From contig JBHHWW010000002.1 in assembly GCA_046756725.1 (NCBI GenBank), positions 1 through 36,272 of the forward strand: a stretch of 36,272 nucleotides of DNA, written 5' to 3'. Below are positions 9,165-17,446 of the stretch, piece by piece. The translations under genes were made by a program, and so were the position numbers. The notes under the pieces are model-generated. The model worked only from the letters and a program-made list of their open reading frames with translations. It ran no database searches and was not told the origin of the DNA. Every line of letters begins with the position of its first letter. Positions within the stretch are counted from its first letter, which is position 1. The stretch comes from Nitrospiria bacterium. Lineage in GTDB: Bacteria; Nitrospirota; Nitrospiria; SBBL01; JAADHI01.

Positions 9165-9866
9165 TTAAATTGGGATTTTTTTTATTTTTTCGTTTTCACT
9201 TTTCCAACCCAGTGCACCGACAAGCGGGACAAACGCGCAAGCGGTCAGGGATTTCTCAAGAAACCCATATCGTTCCTTCACAATCAATTGCAGGGTCTGT
9301 GAAGATCGTCCGCCGATTGGAATCACCAGACGGCCACCGGGTTTGAGTTGCTCAATCAGAACATGGGGAATTTCAGGGCTTCCTGCGGCAACCAGGATTC
9401 GATCAAAAGGCGCCTGCTCGCGCCATCCCGTCGTTCCATCTGAATGTTGAACCGTAACATTCAAATAATTGAGTCCCTTTAGTATGTTTTGAGCGCGTTC
9501 AACAAAAGGCTGAACTCTTTCAATAGAAAAGACTTGGTCCGCCAATTCCGCGAGAATGGCTGTTTGATAACCCGATCCAGTACCAATCTCCAGGATTTTT
9601 TCAGTCCCGTGTAATTCCAATGCTTCTGTCATTAAGGCAACCATGTAAGGTTGCGAGATGGTTTGTTTTTTTCCAATGGGAAGGGGATGATCCCCATATG
9701 CCTGGTATTGAAGGGCTTCTTCGACAAAAAGGTGCCTGGGCACTTTTCCCATGACTTCCAGGACACGATGATCACGAATCCCTCTTGAAACCAACTGATC
9801 TTTTATCATCCGGCGGCGAGGCGCCTCGAGGCGAGATATTGATGCAGGTTTTCCAAGTGAAGTCAT
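9165..9866 (-). CDS. pcm: Protein-L-isoaspartate O-methyltransferase
   Basis: VPRHLFV, QTISQPYMVA, LEIGTGSGYQ, APFDRI, QLKPGGRLVIP, FVPL. Confidence 0.95.
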   Translation of the reverse strand: MTSLGKPASISRLEAPRRRMIKDQLVSRGIRDHRVLEVMGKVPRHLFVEEALQYQAYGDHPLPIGKKQTISQPYMVALMTEALELHGTEKILEIGTGSGYQTAILAELADQVFSIERVQPFVERAQNILKGLNYLNVTVQHSDGTTGWREQAPFDRILVAAGSPEIPHVLIEQLKPGGRLVIPIGGRSSQTLQLIVKERYGFLEKSLTACAFVPLVGALGWKSENEKIKKIPI

Positions 9867-9959
9867 TTGTTTATGACGGAGGGATTAGACACTTTCATTC
9901 CGCTGATAGTAACTGAGGGAAGAATCTGTTGGCAAGGTAAATGCTTTGCAGAGAAGTGT

Positions 9960-11348
9960 TTAGATTGCAGGGATGATCTCGTGTTGCTCCTCCCGATATT
10001 CTTTTAATTTACGATAGAGTGTTTTTCGATCAATTTGCAAGAGTTGGGCGGCCTTCATTTTGTTCCCGTGAACAAGCTGGAGAACCCGCCAGACATATTC
10101 TCGCTCAAGGACAGCCAAGGGCGCCAATTTTGTGAGGGCCTGATCCATCACGACCTGGTCTCCATGTCGTCCGGTCATGACAGGTGGAAAATCGTCGGCA
10201 TTGATCGTATCTCCCTGCGACAGCGTGACGGCACGTTCAATCGCATTTTCCAACTCCCGTACATTGCCAGGCCAAGGATAACCCAGAAGGATTTCCAGGG
10301 CGGCTTCTGAAAATCCGGCCTTGCTCTTTGTTTGTTCTAAAAGATATTTCTTTAAAAAAAAGTTTGCCAACAGCGGAATGTCTTCCCGACGTTTTCTCAG
10401 GGGCGGCAGATCAATCTGAAGAACATTCAGGCGATAGTAAAGATCATCTCGAAATTTTTTTTCTTTCACGCCTTCAAAAAGATCTCGATTGCTTGCAGAG
10501 ATGATTCGGATATCAATAGCGGTTGTTCGCGTCGAACCGACACGACGGATGGTTTTTTCCTGAATCGCACGAAGCAACTTTGGTTGAAGGCTCAAAGGAA
10601 TCTCCCCGATTTCATCCAGGAAAAGGGTTCCCCTGTGCGCTTCTTCAAACATCCCCATCTTGTCATTCCTGGCATCGGTAAATGCGCCCCGGACATATCC
10701 AAAAAGCTCGCTTTCTAGCAATGTTTCTGGAATAGACGCACAATCCACTGCAACAAAAGGCTGATTTTTTCTGGGGGAGTTAAAATGAATGGCCTTTGCG
10801 ACAACTTCTTTCCCGGTTCCGCTTTCGCCGGTAATGGCGACGTTTACCGTACTTTCTGAAACCCTTTGAATTAATTGAAAAATGGACTGCATTGCCTTGC
10901 TTTTTCCTATCATGTTTGAAAACTGAAAAGATTTTGTGAGCACCTGGCGAAGCCGAGTCACTTCCTTATGGAGTCGAATCTGGTCAAATGCCTTTGCCAC
11001 GACAATCAGCAGATGGTCTCTTTTGAACGGCTTAATGATATAATCTGCAGCGCCTAACTTCATCGATTCGATGGCTGTTTCAACCGTGCCGAAAGCAGTG
11101 ATAATAATAATGGCCTGTTTCGCTTCAATGACTTTTGCCCTCTGCAGGAGTTCAAGTCCTGAAATACCATGCATCCTTAAATCGGTAATCAGAAGGTCAT
11201 ACTGATGGAGTTCAAGCATCTGAAGTGCTGTTTCCCCGTCTTGCAGAGATTCAACCCGGTACCCCTCCTCGGAAAGGAGGTCTTCCAAAAGTTGACACAT
11301 CTCCCGATCATCGTCAACGACAAGAATGCTTCCTTTCATTTCACTCAA
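9960..11348 (-). CDS. Sigma54-dependent response regulator (NtrC/AtoC/ZraR family)
   Basis: Receiver domain (VVDDD, TDLRM, KPF), AAA+ [35 protein letters not shown], Fis-type HTH. Start TTG 11348 (GGAGG, 7-nt spacing) or ATG 11339. Confidence 0.92.
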   Translation of the reverse strand: MSEMKGSILVVDDDREMCQLLEDLLSEEGYRVESLQDGETALQMLELHQYDLLITDLRMHGISGLELLQRAKVIEAKQAIIIITAFGTVETAIESMKLGAADYIIKPFKRDHLLIVVAKAFDQIRLHKEVTRLRQVLTKSFQFSNMIGKSKAMQSIFQLIQRVSESTVNVAITGESGTGKEVVAKAIHFNSPRKNQPFVAVDCASIPETLLESELFGYVRGAFTDARNDKMGMFEEAHRGTLFLDEIGEIPLSLQPKLLRAIQEKTIRRVGSTRTTAIDIRIISASNRDLFEGVKEKKFRDDLYYRLNVLQIDLPPLRKRREDIPLLANFFLKKYLLEQTKSKAGFSEAALEILLGYPWPGNVRELENAIERAVTLSQGDTINADDFPPVMTGRHGDQVVMDQALTKLAPLAVLEREYVWRVLQLVHGNKMKAAQLLQIDRKTLYRKLKEYREEQHEIIPAI

Positions 11349-11522
11349 GAACAAACCTCCGGGCTATGAATATACAAGTATTAGATCAGAGTAATATAAA
11401 AAAAAGCAAACGGACTGTATAAGCAAGAAGAAGATGAATGAATTGAGAAATGAAACCTTGATTTGCAAACAAAAGTCACCAATAATGGCGCCTCGAAAAC
11501 TTGTAAAAGGAGAGCTTATATC

Positions 11523-11987
11523 ATGAAATTAACCAAAAATTCTTGTACCTGTTTTATTATGATGGGGATCGTTTTTTTTCTCTCCTCTTCAACCCCGGCC
11601 TTCGCAGATGAAGGTCATTCTCATGATGACAAAAAGAATGGTCAAATGGAAAAAATGGACGGGATGAAAGAGATGGAGAATATGGAACACATGCACCATG
11701 ATGCTCCAATGACCAAAGTGCCGGAAAAAATTCCGGGTGCCAAAGAGTTAAGAATAGATTTAAAGGGTCCTTTTTGTCACAAGCATCCAAAAGATATTCA
11801 GCATGCTTTGATGGAACTTCCCGGCGTAAAGCGCGTAGAAGCATTTAGTGGACGGCGATACATCATCGTCGTCTATAAAGAGGAAGAAGTGACAGCCGAA
11901 AAAATTGCTCATACCCTGGATCAGCTTGGAGGAAGCGGTTGGCGGTGTGACCCTGTTCTATCGAACAAAAAGAGCAGTGAGAGATGA
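11523..11987 (+). CDS. Exported His/Met-rich heavy-metal-associated (HMA)-like protein
   Basis: AAGGAG SD before ATG 11523; signal peptide ending AFA; HSHDD...MEKMDGMKEMENMEHMHH tract; HMA-like pattern LKGPFCHKHPKDIQHALMELPGVKRV. Confidence 0.72.
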   Translation: MKLTKNSCTCFIMMGIVFFLSSSTPAFADEGHSHDDKKNGQMEKMDGMKEMENMEHMHHDAPMTKVPEKIPGAKELRIDLKGPFCHKHPKDIQHALMELPGVKRVEAFSGRRYIIVVYKEEEVTAEKIAHTLDQLGGSGWRCDPVLSNKKSSER

Positions 11988-12004
11988 AACATTAAAAGTG
12001 TTTT

Positions 12005-12841
12005 TTAATCGAGCTTTTTTCCGACAAGCGAAAAGGGGTCAATCTTGGCGCCGTTCAAGCGTGTCCCCCAATGAAGGTGAGCCCCGGTTGACCGACCGGT
12101 TGACCCGACACGGCCGATTTGATCTCCACGTTTTACATGATCTCCTTGAGAGACAGAATAATCCAGAAGATGAAAATACATACTGAAAAGACCCAGTCCG
12201 TGATCAATCACGACAAGACGACCATTAAAAAAAAAGTGTCCCACAAGCGCAATCTTTCCCGCGTTTGTGGCAAAAACGGGGGTTCCACTGACGGCAGTGA
12301 TATCTTCACCACTGTGGGCCTTCCTGGGTTTACCATTTAATATCCGCCTGCGTCCAAAAGTGCCCTGTGGCTTCCCCGCGACAGGCGCAATAAATTCCCC
12401 CCGCCAGAGACGTTCATCAATGCCCTGAGAAAAGGCCGTCTTCATTAATCCTGTTTCTTTTCTCACTCGAATGAGGATTTCAGGCGTCAGATCTACCATC
12501 CCTTTCGGGAGGGTAAGCCTTTGTTCTTTAAAAGAACCCGACTTCACATCAATCACATAGTCTCTCTGGATGGTTTTTCCATTTTTCTCCCATGTCACAA
12601 CAAAAGGGTGAGGGCCAGGTTTTTGTGATAGATCAATACCGATGATGGCAAGAAAAGCCCCTTTTCCGGATTTAAAAAATGGAATGCTCCGATTCATAAA
12701 TGTTCCCGAGACGGATTGACTGGATGGAGGGATCATGATGGTAAAGGGAACAATCCCTCCTTGCTGGACCTGAAGAGAATTCTCTGCCCCTATTGAACGC
12801 GTAGGAAAGAATAACGAAAAAAGAATTAGGACCACCGTCAT
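12005..12841 (-). CDS. M23 family Zn metallopeptidase (peptidoglycan endopeptidase-like), exported
   Basis: HSGED (HxxxD), IDHGLG, YFHL, GSTGRSTGAHLHW (HxH); hydrophobic N-terminus from ATG 12841. Confidence 0.9.
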   Translation of the reverse strand: MTVVLILFSLFFPTRSIGAENSLQVQQGGIVPFTIMIPPSSQSVSGTFMNRSIPFFKSGKGAFLAIIGIDLSQKPGPHPFVVTWEKNGKTIQRDYVIDVKSGSFKEQRLTLPKGMVDLTPEILIRVRKETGLMKTAFSQGIDERLWRGEFIAPVAGKPQGTFGRRRILNGKPRKAHSGEDITAVSGTPVFATNAGKIALVGHFFFNGRLVVIDHGLGLFSMYFHLLDYSVSQGDHVKRGDQIGRVGSTGRSTGAHLHWGTRLNGAKIDPFSLVGKKLD

Positions 12842-12848
12842 GCTGTCA

Positions 12849-14216
12849 TTAATTGAGAGAGAGTTCTCCTGCAATCAGTTCCTCCACACGCGTATTGTTG
12901 AAAGCAAAGGGATCCATACACAGAATTGTTTCCTCCCAATACCCATTGAGTTTCAGATAGGTCCAATCGACGGTATATGAACGGCTTTTTGACTTTGCAA
13001 AACGAATAAAATCTCCCCTGACCTTTGCACGGGTCGTATTCGGAGGAAACTGAAGTGCATTTTCTACATCTTTATCACTTGCAATTCGCTCAATCATATT
13101 GTCTCGACAGAGGAGATAATAAAGCCCTCGATCCTGGTTTATATCATGATATTGAAGATCTAACATAGCAAGGCGGGGGTCATCCAAATCACATCCTTTC
13201 TTTTCCATGTACGCGTTAATGAGCCCCATTTTTGCGATCCAGTCAATTTCCCGATCAAGCCGTTTCGGATCTTCCTCTAATTCATCCAGCACATATTCCC
13301 ATCTTTCAAGAATATCGTGTGCGATTGGGTCAGTATCCCTTGAAGAAAGAGACCTCTTTGCTTTTTCAAGGTAGAGACGTTGTATTTCAATAGCGGTTAA
13401 TTCCTTACCACGTGCGAGTTTCACTTTTTTCTTTAGCGTGGGATCACGCGATATTTCACGCATTGCCTTGACCGGATCGTCCAGTTCGATGCCGGAGACG
13501 AAAACGCCACGCTCGATCATTGAAAGAATCAGCGCAGTTGTTCCAACTTTCAGGTAGCCCGCATACTCAGACATATTTGAATCGCCGACAATGATATGAA
13601 GTCGGCGATATTTTTCGGCATCTGCATGGGGTTCGTCCCGGGTATTGATGATGCTTCTCGACGAAGTGGTTGATGAAGACGTTTTTTCGTGAATGTGTTG
13701 CGATCGTTGTGAGATATAGTAGTGGCTCCTGCCACCCACCTTTAAAATCTTTCCCGCGCCGGCATAGACTTGGCGGGTGACAAAAAAGGGAATCAATTGC
13801 TCAGTGACGCGCCAGAAATCAACCTGACGCTTCATCAGGTAATTTTCATGACAACCATAGGTATTTCCCATCGAATCAGTGTTGTTTTTGTAGATAAAAA
13901 TATCCCCTGAAAGACCTTCTTCTTTCAACCTTTTTTGTGCAATTGGAAGGCACCTCTCCAAAAGGCGTTCACCCGCCTTGTCGTGAACGACAACATCGTA
14001 GACCTGATCGCACTCTGGTGTGGCATACTCTGGATGGCAACCGGTATCCTGATAAAAACGGGCGCCATTGGTCAGGAAAGCATTCGATGGCCAACTGTTT
14101 GGAATCAGTCCTTCAAAAACATATCCGAGGATTTTTTCCATGGGAAGATAGACCTTCCCATGCGGCGAAAAAATAAGGCCATATTCTGTTTCAAGTCCAA
14201 AGATACGGTGCTTCAT
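12849..14216 (-). CDS. pafA: Pup--protein ligase
   Basis: RIFGLETEYG, FLTNGARFYQDTGCHPEYATPEC, GCHENYL, RSIINTRDEPHAD, RRLHIIVGDSNMSE, DLQYHDI, TRAKVRGDFI; last gene after prcA. Confidence 0.93.
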   Translation of the reverse strand: MKHRIFGLETEYGLIFSPHGKVYLPMEKILGYVFEGLIPNSWPSNAFLTNGARFYQDTGCHPEYATPECDQVYDVVVHDKAGERLLERCLPIAQKRLKEEGLSGDIFIYKNNTDSMGNTYGCHENYLMKRQVDFWRVTEQLIPFFVTRQVYAGAGKILKVGGRSHYYISQRSQHIHEKTSSSTTSSRSIINTRDEPHADAEKYRRLHIIVGDSNMSEYAGYLKVGTTALILSMIERGVFVSGIELDDPVKAMREISRDPTLKKKVKLARGKELTAIEIQRLYLEKAKRSLSSRDTDPIAHDILERWEYVLDELEEDPKRLDREIDWIAKMGLINAYMEKKGCDLDDPRLAMLDLQYHDINQDRGLYYLLCRDNMIERIASDKDVENALQFPPNTTRAKVRGDFIRFAKSKSRSYTVDWTYLKLNGYWEETILCMDPFAFNNTRVEELIAGELSLN

Positions 14217-14236
14217 GGACCTCTCCTGAATTGGCC

Positions 14237-14911
14237 TTAGGCGATATATTCAGCAAGCGCTTTAGGTGTCAGCCTTCGAAAGCGTCGTCCCTTCCGATTT
14301 TTGTCCAAAACAGCGGCTTCCAACCGATTGGGATCGACGGTCTGTTCGTAACCTTCTTCCATTGCTTCGACACAAATCTTAAGCACCACTTTCAGATCTG
14401 TTTTTTGATATCGACTTTTAATGGCTTCAGAAAGCTGCTCAGATTTTCCACCGATCACGGTAAAATCTTTCTCATCAAAAATACTTCCATCAAACTGGAT
14501 ACGATAGATTTCATTTTTCTTCGTTGCATCACCCACTTCGACCACAAGTATTTCGACTTCCAGTGGCTTGTTTTCCTGACTGAATATGGACCCGAGCGTT
14601 TGAGAATAGGCATCGGCCAAAGACCGGGCAGCGACATCTTCGCGGCTATAAAGATAGCCCTTCATATCGGCATGACGAATACCTGCCTTACGGAGATTTT
14701 CAAACTCGCTGTATTTACCCGCTCCGGCGAAGCCAATCCGGTCATAGACTTCAGAGATTTTATGAAGAGAACTTGAATTATCCGCCAGAAGAAGAATGCC
14801 TTCATCATATTCTATGGCAACGGTTGACCTTCCGCGGGAGATGCCTTTTTTGGCATATTCCGCCTTGTCCTGCATCATCTGTTCTGGTGAGACGTAATAA
14901 GGCATTGACAT
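14237..14911 (-). CDS. prcA: 20S proteasome alpha subunit
   Basis: N-terminus MSMPYYVSPEQMMQDKAEYAKKGISRGRS, KISEVYDRIGFAGAGKYSEFENLR, KPLEVEILVVEVG, typical of actinobacterial-type PrcA. Confidence 0.94.
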   Translation of the reverse strand: MSMPYYVSPEQMMQDKAEYAKKGISRGRSTVAIEYDEGILLLADNSSSLHKISEVYDRIGFAGAGKYSEFENLRKAGIRHADMKGYLYSREDVAARSLADAYSQTLGSIFSQENKPLEVEILVVEVGDATKKNEIYRIQFDGSIFDEKDFTVIGGKSEQLSEAIKSRYQKTDLKVVLKICVEAMEEGYEQTVDPNRLEAAVLDKNRKGRRFRRLTPKALAEYIA

Positions 14912-14915
14912 GCTT

Positions 14916-15719
14916 TTATCCTTCTTCCTGCTGAGAAATCATTTCTTGATAGATCCCTTCGATTTCTTCATCCGAGACATCTTCTACGCCTTCTTTGCTG
15001 ATCACTTTCACTTTGGGAAAAATATGGCGAAGAAGGTCAGGCCCCCCCGTTGCAACGTCTGCTTCAGCCGCATCATAAATGGCTTCCAGACCAATCCAGA
15101 TGGCTCTTTCTCTTGTCATATTTTTTTTGAAAATTTTCTTCATGGTTCCCCGAGCGTCTTTACCACCCGATCCAATCGCATAATATTCGGTCTCTTCGTA
15201 TTTCCCTCCGGCAATATCATACTTAAAAATTCTCCCGGCCTTTCGTGTTACATCGAATCCGGCGAAAAGCGGGACGACCACCAGGCCCTGCATCGCCATC
15301 GGGAGGTTTGCTTTGATCATCTGGGAAAGTTTGTTGGCCTTTCCTTCCATTGAAAGAACGACACCTTCCAGTTTTTCATAATGCTCCAGTTCAACCTGAA
15401 AAAGGCGGGTCAGTTCCAAGCAGGGACCCGCGGCGCCTGCGATTGCAATCGCAGATGTCTCATCGGTTTTATACACTTTTTCAATTCGACGTTCTGAAAT
15501 TGAATATCCTTCAGTGGCCCTGCGGTCCCCCGCAATGACAACGCCCTTCTGATAACGCAAAGCCAGAACCGTTGTCCCATGTGGGAGGTCTCGAGAAAGG
15601 GCTCTCTTTTCTGACAGAGATACACCATTCTCAGTAGCAGGTGTAAAGAGTTGAGGATGTTGTAAAGCCAGTAGCTGATGAAAGCTGGACCCTGGATCAT
15701 TCAACTGGAATAGGTTCAT
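14916..15719 (-). CDS. prcB: 20S proteasome beta subunit with 48-aa propeptide
   Basis: PHG|TTVLA (catalytic Thr49), AGDRRAT, ELEHYEKLEG, GSGG, DVATGG. Confidence 0.95.
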   Translation of the reverse strand: MNLFQLNDPGSSFHQLLALQHPQLFTPATENGVSLSEKRALSRDLPHGTTVLALRYQKGVVIAGDRRATEGYSISERRIEKVYKTDETSAIAIAGAAGPCLELTRLFQVELEHYEKLEGVVLSMEGKANKLSQMIKANLPMAMQGLVVVPLFAGFDVTRKAGRIFKYDIAGGKYEETEYYAIGSGGKDARGTMKKIFKKNMTRERAIWIGLEAIYDAAEADVATGGPDLLRHIFPKVKVISKEGVEDVSDEEIEGIYQEMISQQEEG

Positions 15720-15916
15720 TCGCCCCCCTTTTGGACATAGTTTTTGACAAATTCCTCCGCATTTTCCTCCAGGACATCATCGATTTCATCCATGACCTTA
15801 TCCAGGTCTTCCTTTATCTTTTTTCCCTTTTCTACAACTTCAGCATTGGCAGAAACCTCTTCTTCATTTTTTTCGGATTGATGTTTCTCTTCACCTTTTC
15901 TTTCCTGTTTTTTCAT
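15716..15916 (-). CDS. pup: Prokaryotic ubiquitin-like protein Pup (C-terminal GGE)
   Basis: 66 aa, charged and likely disordered; DEIDDVLEENAEEFVKNYVQKGGE; lies between dop and prcB with an ATGA overlap into prcB. Confidence 0.95.
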   Translation of the reverse strand: MKKQERKGEEKHQSEKNEEEVSANAEVVEKGKKIKEDLDKVMDEIDDVLEENAEEFVKNYVQKGGE

Positions 15917-15927
15917 CTCATGCTACC

Positions 15928-17403
15928 TCACGTTGCAATCAGCTTTAGTAATTCATCCACAGATTGGACCTCTTCTAGCAGCGAACCGGTCAACTCTTTC
16001 CCTCCCTTCCAGGGGTCCATCAAAGGAATCTTTTTGATGGTTCCATTCCTGGCCTTGAACAAAATAGATGTCCAGCTGGCTGCATAAATCTCTTTCGGAA
16101 ATTTCTTAAGACAGGTACCACGGAAATAAGCGCGTGTGTCGGTGGGCGGGTTTTCCTGAGCATGTACCAGCATCTCCGGAGAAATCAGGCGTTCAACATA
16201 ACCACCCTTCTCAAGAGAATAATAAAGGCCCTTTTTTTGAACCACATTGTGATATTGAAGATCCATCATCGAAACGCGGGGATCTCCCCAATCACACCCT
16301 TTCCGAGACATATAAGATTCGATGAGTTCCCGCTTGATCACCCAATCGATTTCGCGGGACAACTGCATCGGATCATCATCCAGTTGATCAAGGACCTGAC
16401 GCCATCTTCGCAAAACATCCAGGGTGATTGGGTCATCACTTTTTTCAAAATGCATCTCCGCTTTTTCTAAATAAACCCTCTGGACATCAGTAGCACGCAA
16501 AGCCACGCCCCGTGAAAGTTTGATTTCATGTTTCAACGACAAATCTCTAGAAATTTCTTTGATGCTTCGTACCGGGTCATCAAGGGAGATGCCATCTACT
16601 TCACATCCTGACTCAAGCATCGCCACGACCAGTCCCATTGTCCCGATTTTCAGGTACGTTGTGACTTCCGACATATTGCTATCTCCGACAATAACATGTA
16701 ATCGCCGATACTTTTCAGGGTCTGCATGGGGTTCGTCTCGTGTATTAATAATCGGTCGTTTGACCATGGTATTCAGATCAACCAGCGTTTCAAAAAAATC
16801 CGCACGTTGCGAAATCTGGTAGTCGGCGGGTTCCGTTCTGTTTTCTGAACCGACTTTTCCGGACCCGGCAAAGATCTGACGTGTAACGAGGAATGGGATC
16901 AGTTGAGAGACAAGCTTCTCAAAAGGGAATGAGCGGGCAACCAGATAATTTTCGTGATAACCATAACTATTTCCCTTTCCATCCGTGTTGTTTTTATAAA
17001 TTGAAAGATCAACATCACTCGTTTTCATTAAACGGGTCATTTCAAGAGAAATCTCAAGAATGCGTTCGCCGACTTTTTCATAGGCGAGCAATTCCAGGGG
17101 CGTTGCACATTCGGGGGTTGAATATTCAGGATGGGCGCCATCCACATAGAGACGTCCGCCATTTGAGAGGAGCTTGTTGAGTAGGCGATTGTATTCCGGA
17201 CTGGGACGTTCCCGCTCTCCATCGGCCTCAAAGCCGCGGGCGTCCTTCAGAGGATTCTCATTTTCATAATCCCAGGCAATGGATGATGAAGGGAGGTTCG
17301 GATAGCTGCCAATGAGGAATATAGAGTTTGAGACAGGATCGGTTGAACCGGGATATCTGGCGGCGATTCCGAATTCAGTCTCTGTCCCTACAATTCTCTT
17401 CAT
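15928..17403 (-). CDS. dop: Pup deamidase/depupylase
   Basis: GTETEFGI, WDYENENPLKDARGF (Dop-specific loop region), NGGRLYVDGAHPEYSTPEC, ISQRADFFE, TRAYFRG; directly upstream of pup. Confidence 0.93.
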   Translation of the reverse strand: MKRIVGTETEFGIAARYPGSTDPVSNSIFLIGSYPNLPSSSIAWDYENENPLKDARGFEADGERERPSPEYNRLLNKLLSNGGRLYVDGAHPEYSTPECATPLELLAYEKVGERILEISLEMTRLMKTSDVDLSIYKNNTDGKGNSYGYHENYLVARSFPFEKLVSQLIPFLVTRQIFAGSGKVGSENRTEPADYQISQRADFFETLVDLNTMVKRPIINTRDEPHADPEKYRRLHVIVGDSNMSEVTTYLKIGTMGLVVAMLESGCEVDGISLDDPVRSIKEISRDLSLKHEIKLSRGVALRATDVQRVYLEKAEMHFEKSDDPITLDVLRRWRQVLDQLDDDPMQLSREIDWVIKRELIESYMSRKGCDWGDPRVSMMDLQYHNVVQKKGLYYSLEKGGYVERLISPEMLVHAQENPPTDTRAYFRGTCLKKFPKEIYAASWTSILFKARNGTIKKIPLMDPWKGGKELTGSLLEEVQSVDELLKLIAT

Positions 17404-17446
17404 CGTCGTCAGGCCTCCAATGGCCCACCGTGATTGGCTTTATTTT

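Noticed and set aside
9930-9945. TGGCAAGGTAAATGCT resembling a sigma54 -24/-12 site
   Set aside because: It points antisense into the 3' end of the regulator gene, and the same bases are explained as a minus-strand TTGCCA -35 for pcm.
11458-11472. FNR-like box TTGAT...AACAA upstream of the HMA-like gene
   Set aside because: Spacing is 5 rather than 4 and the second half-site is mismatched.
15716-15916. UBact instead of Pup
   Set aside because: The C-terminus is YVQKGGE with the Pup core DEIDDVLEENAEEFV, not R[ST]G[EQ].
15913-15921. Met-Arg-stop minigene overlapping the pup start
   Set aside because: The SD (GAGGT) is optimally spaced for the pup ATG and only 3 nt from the upstream ATG; probably incidental.
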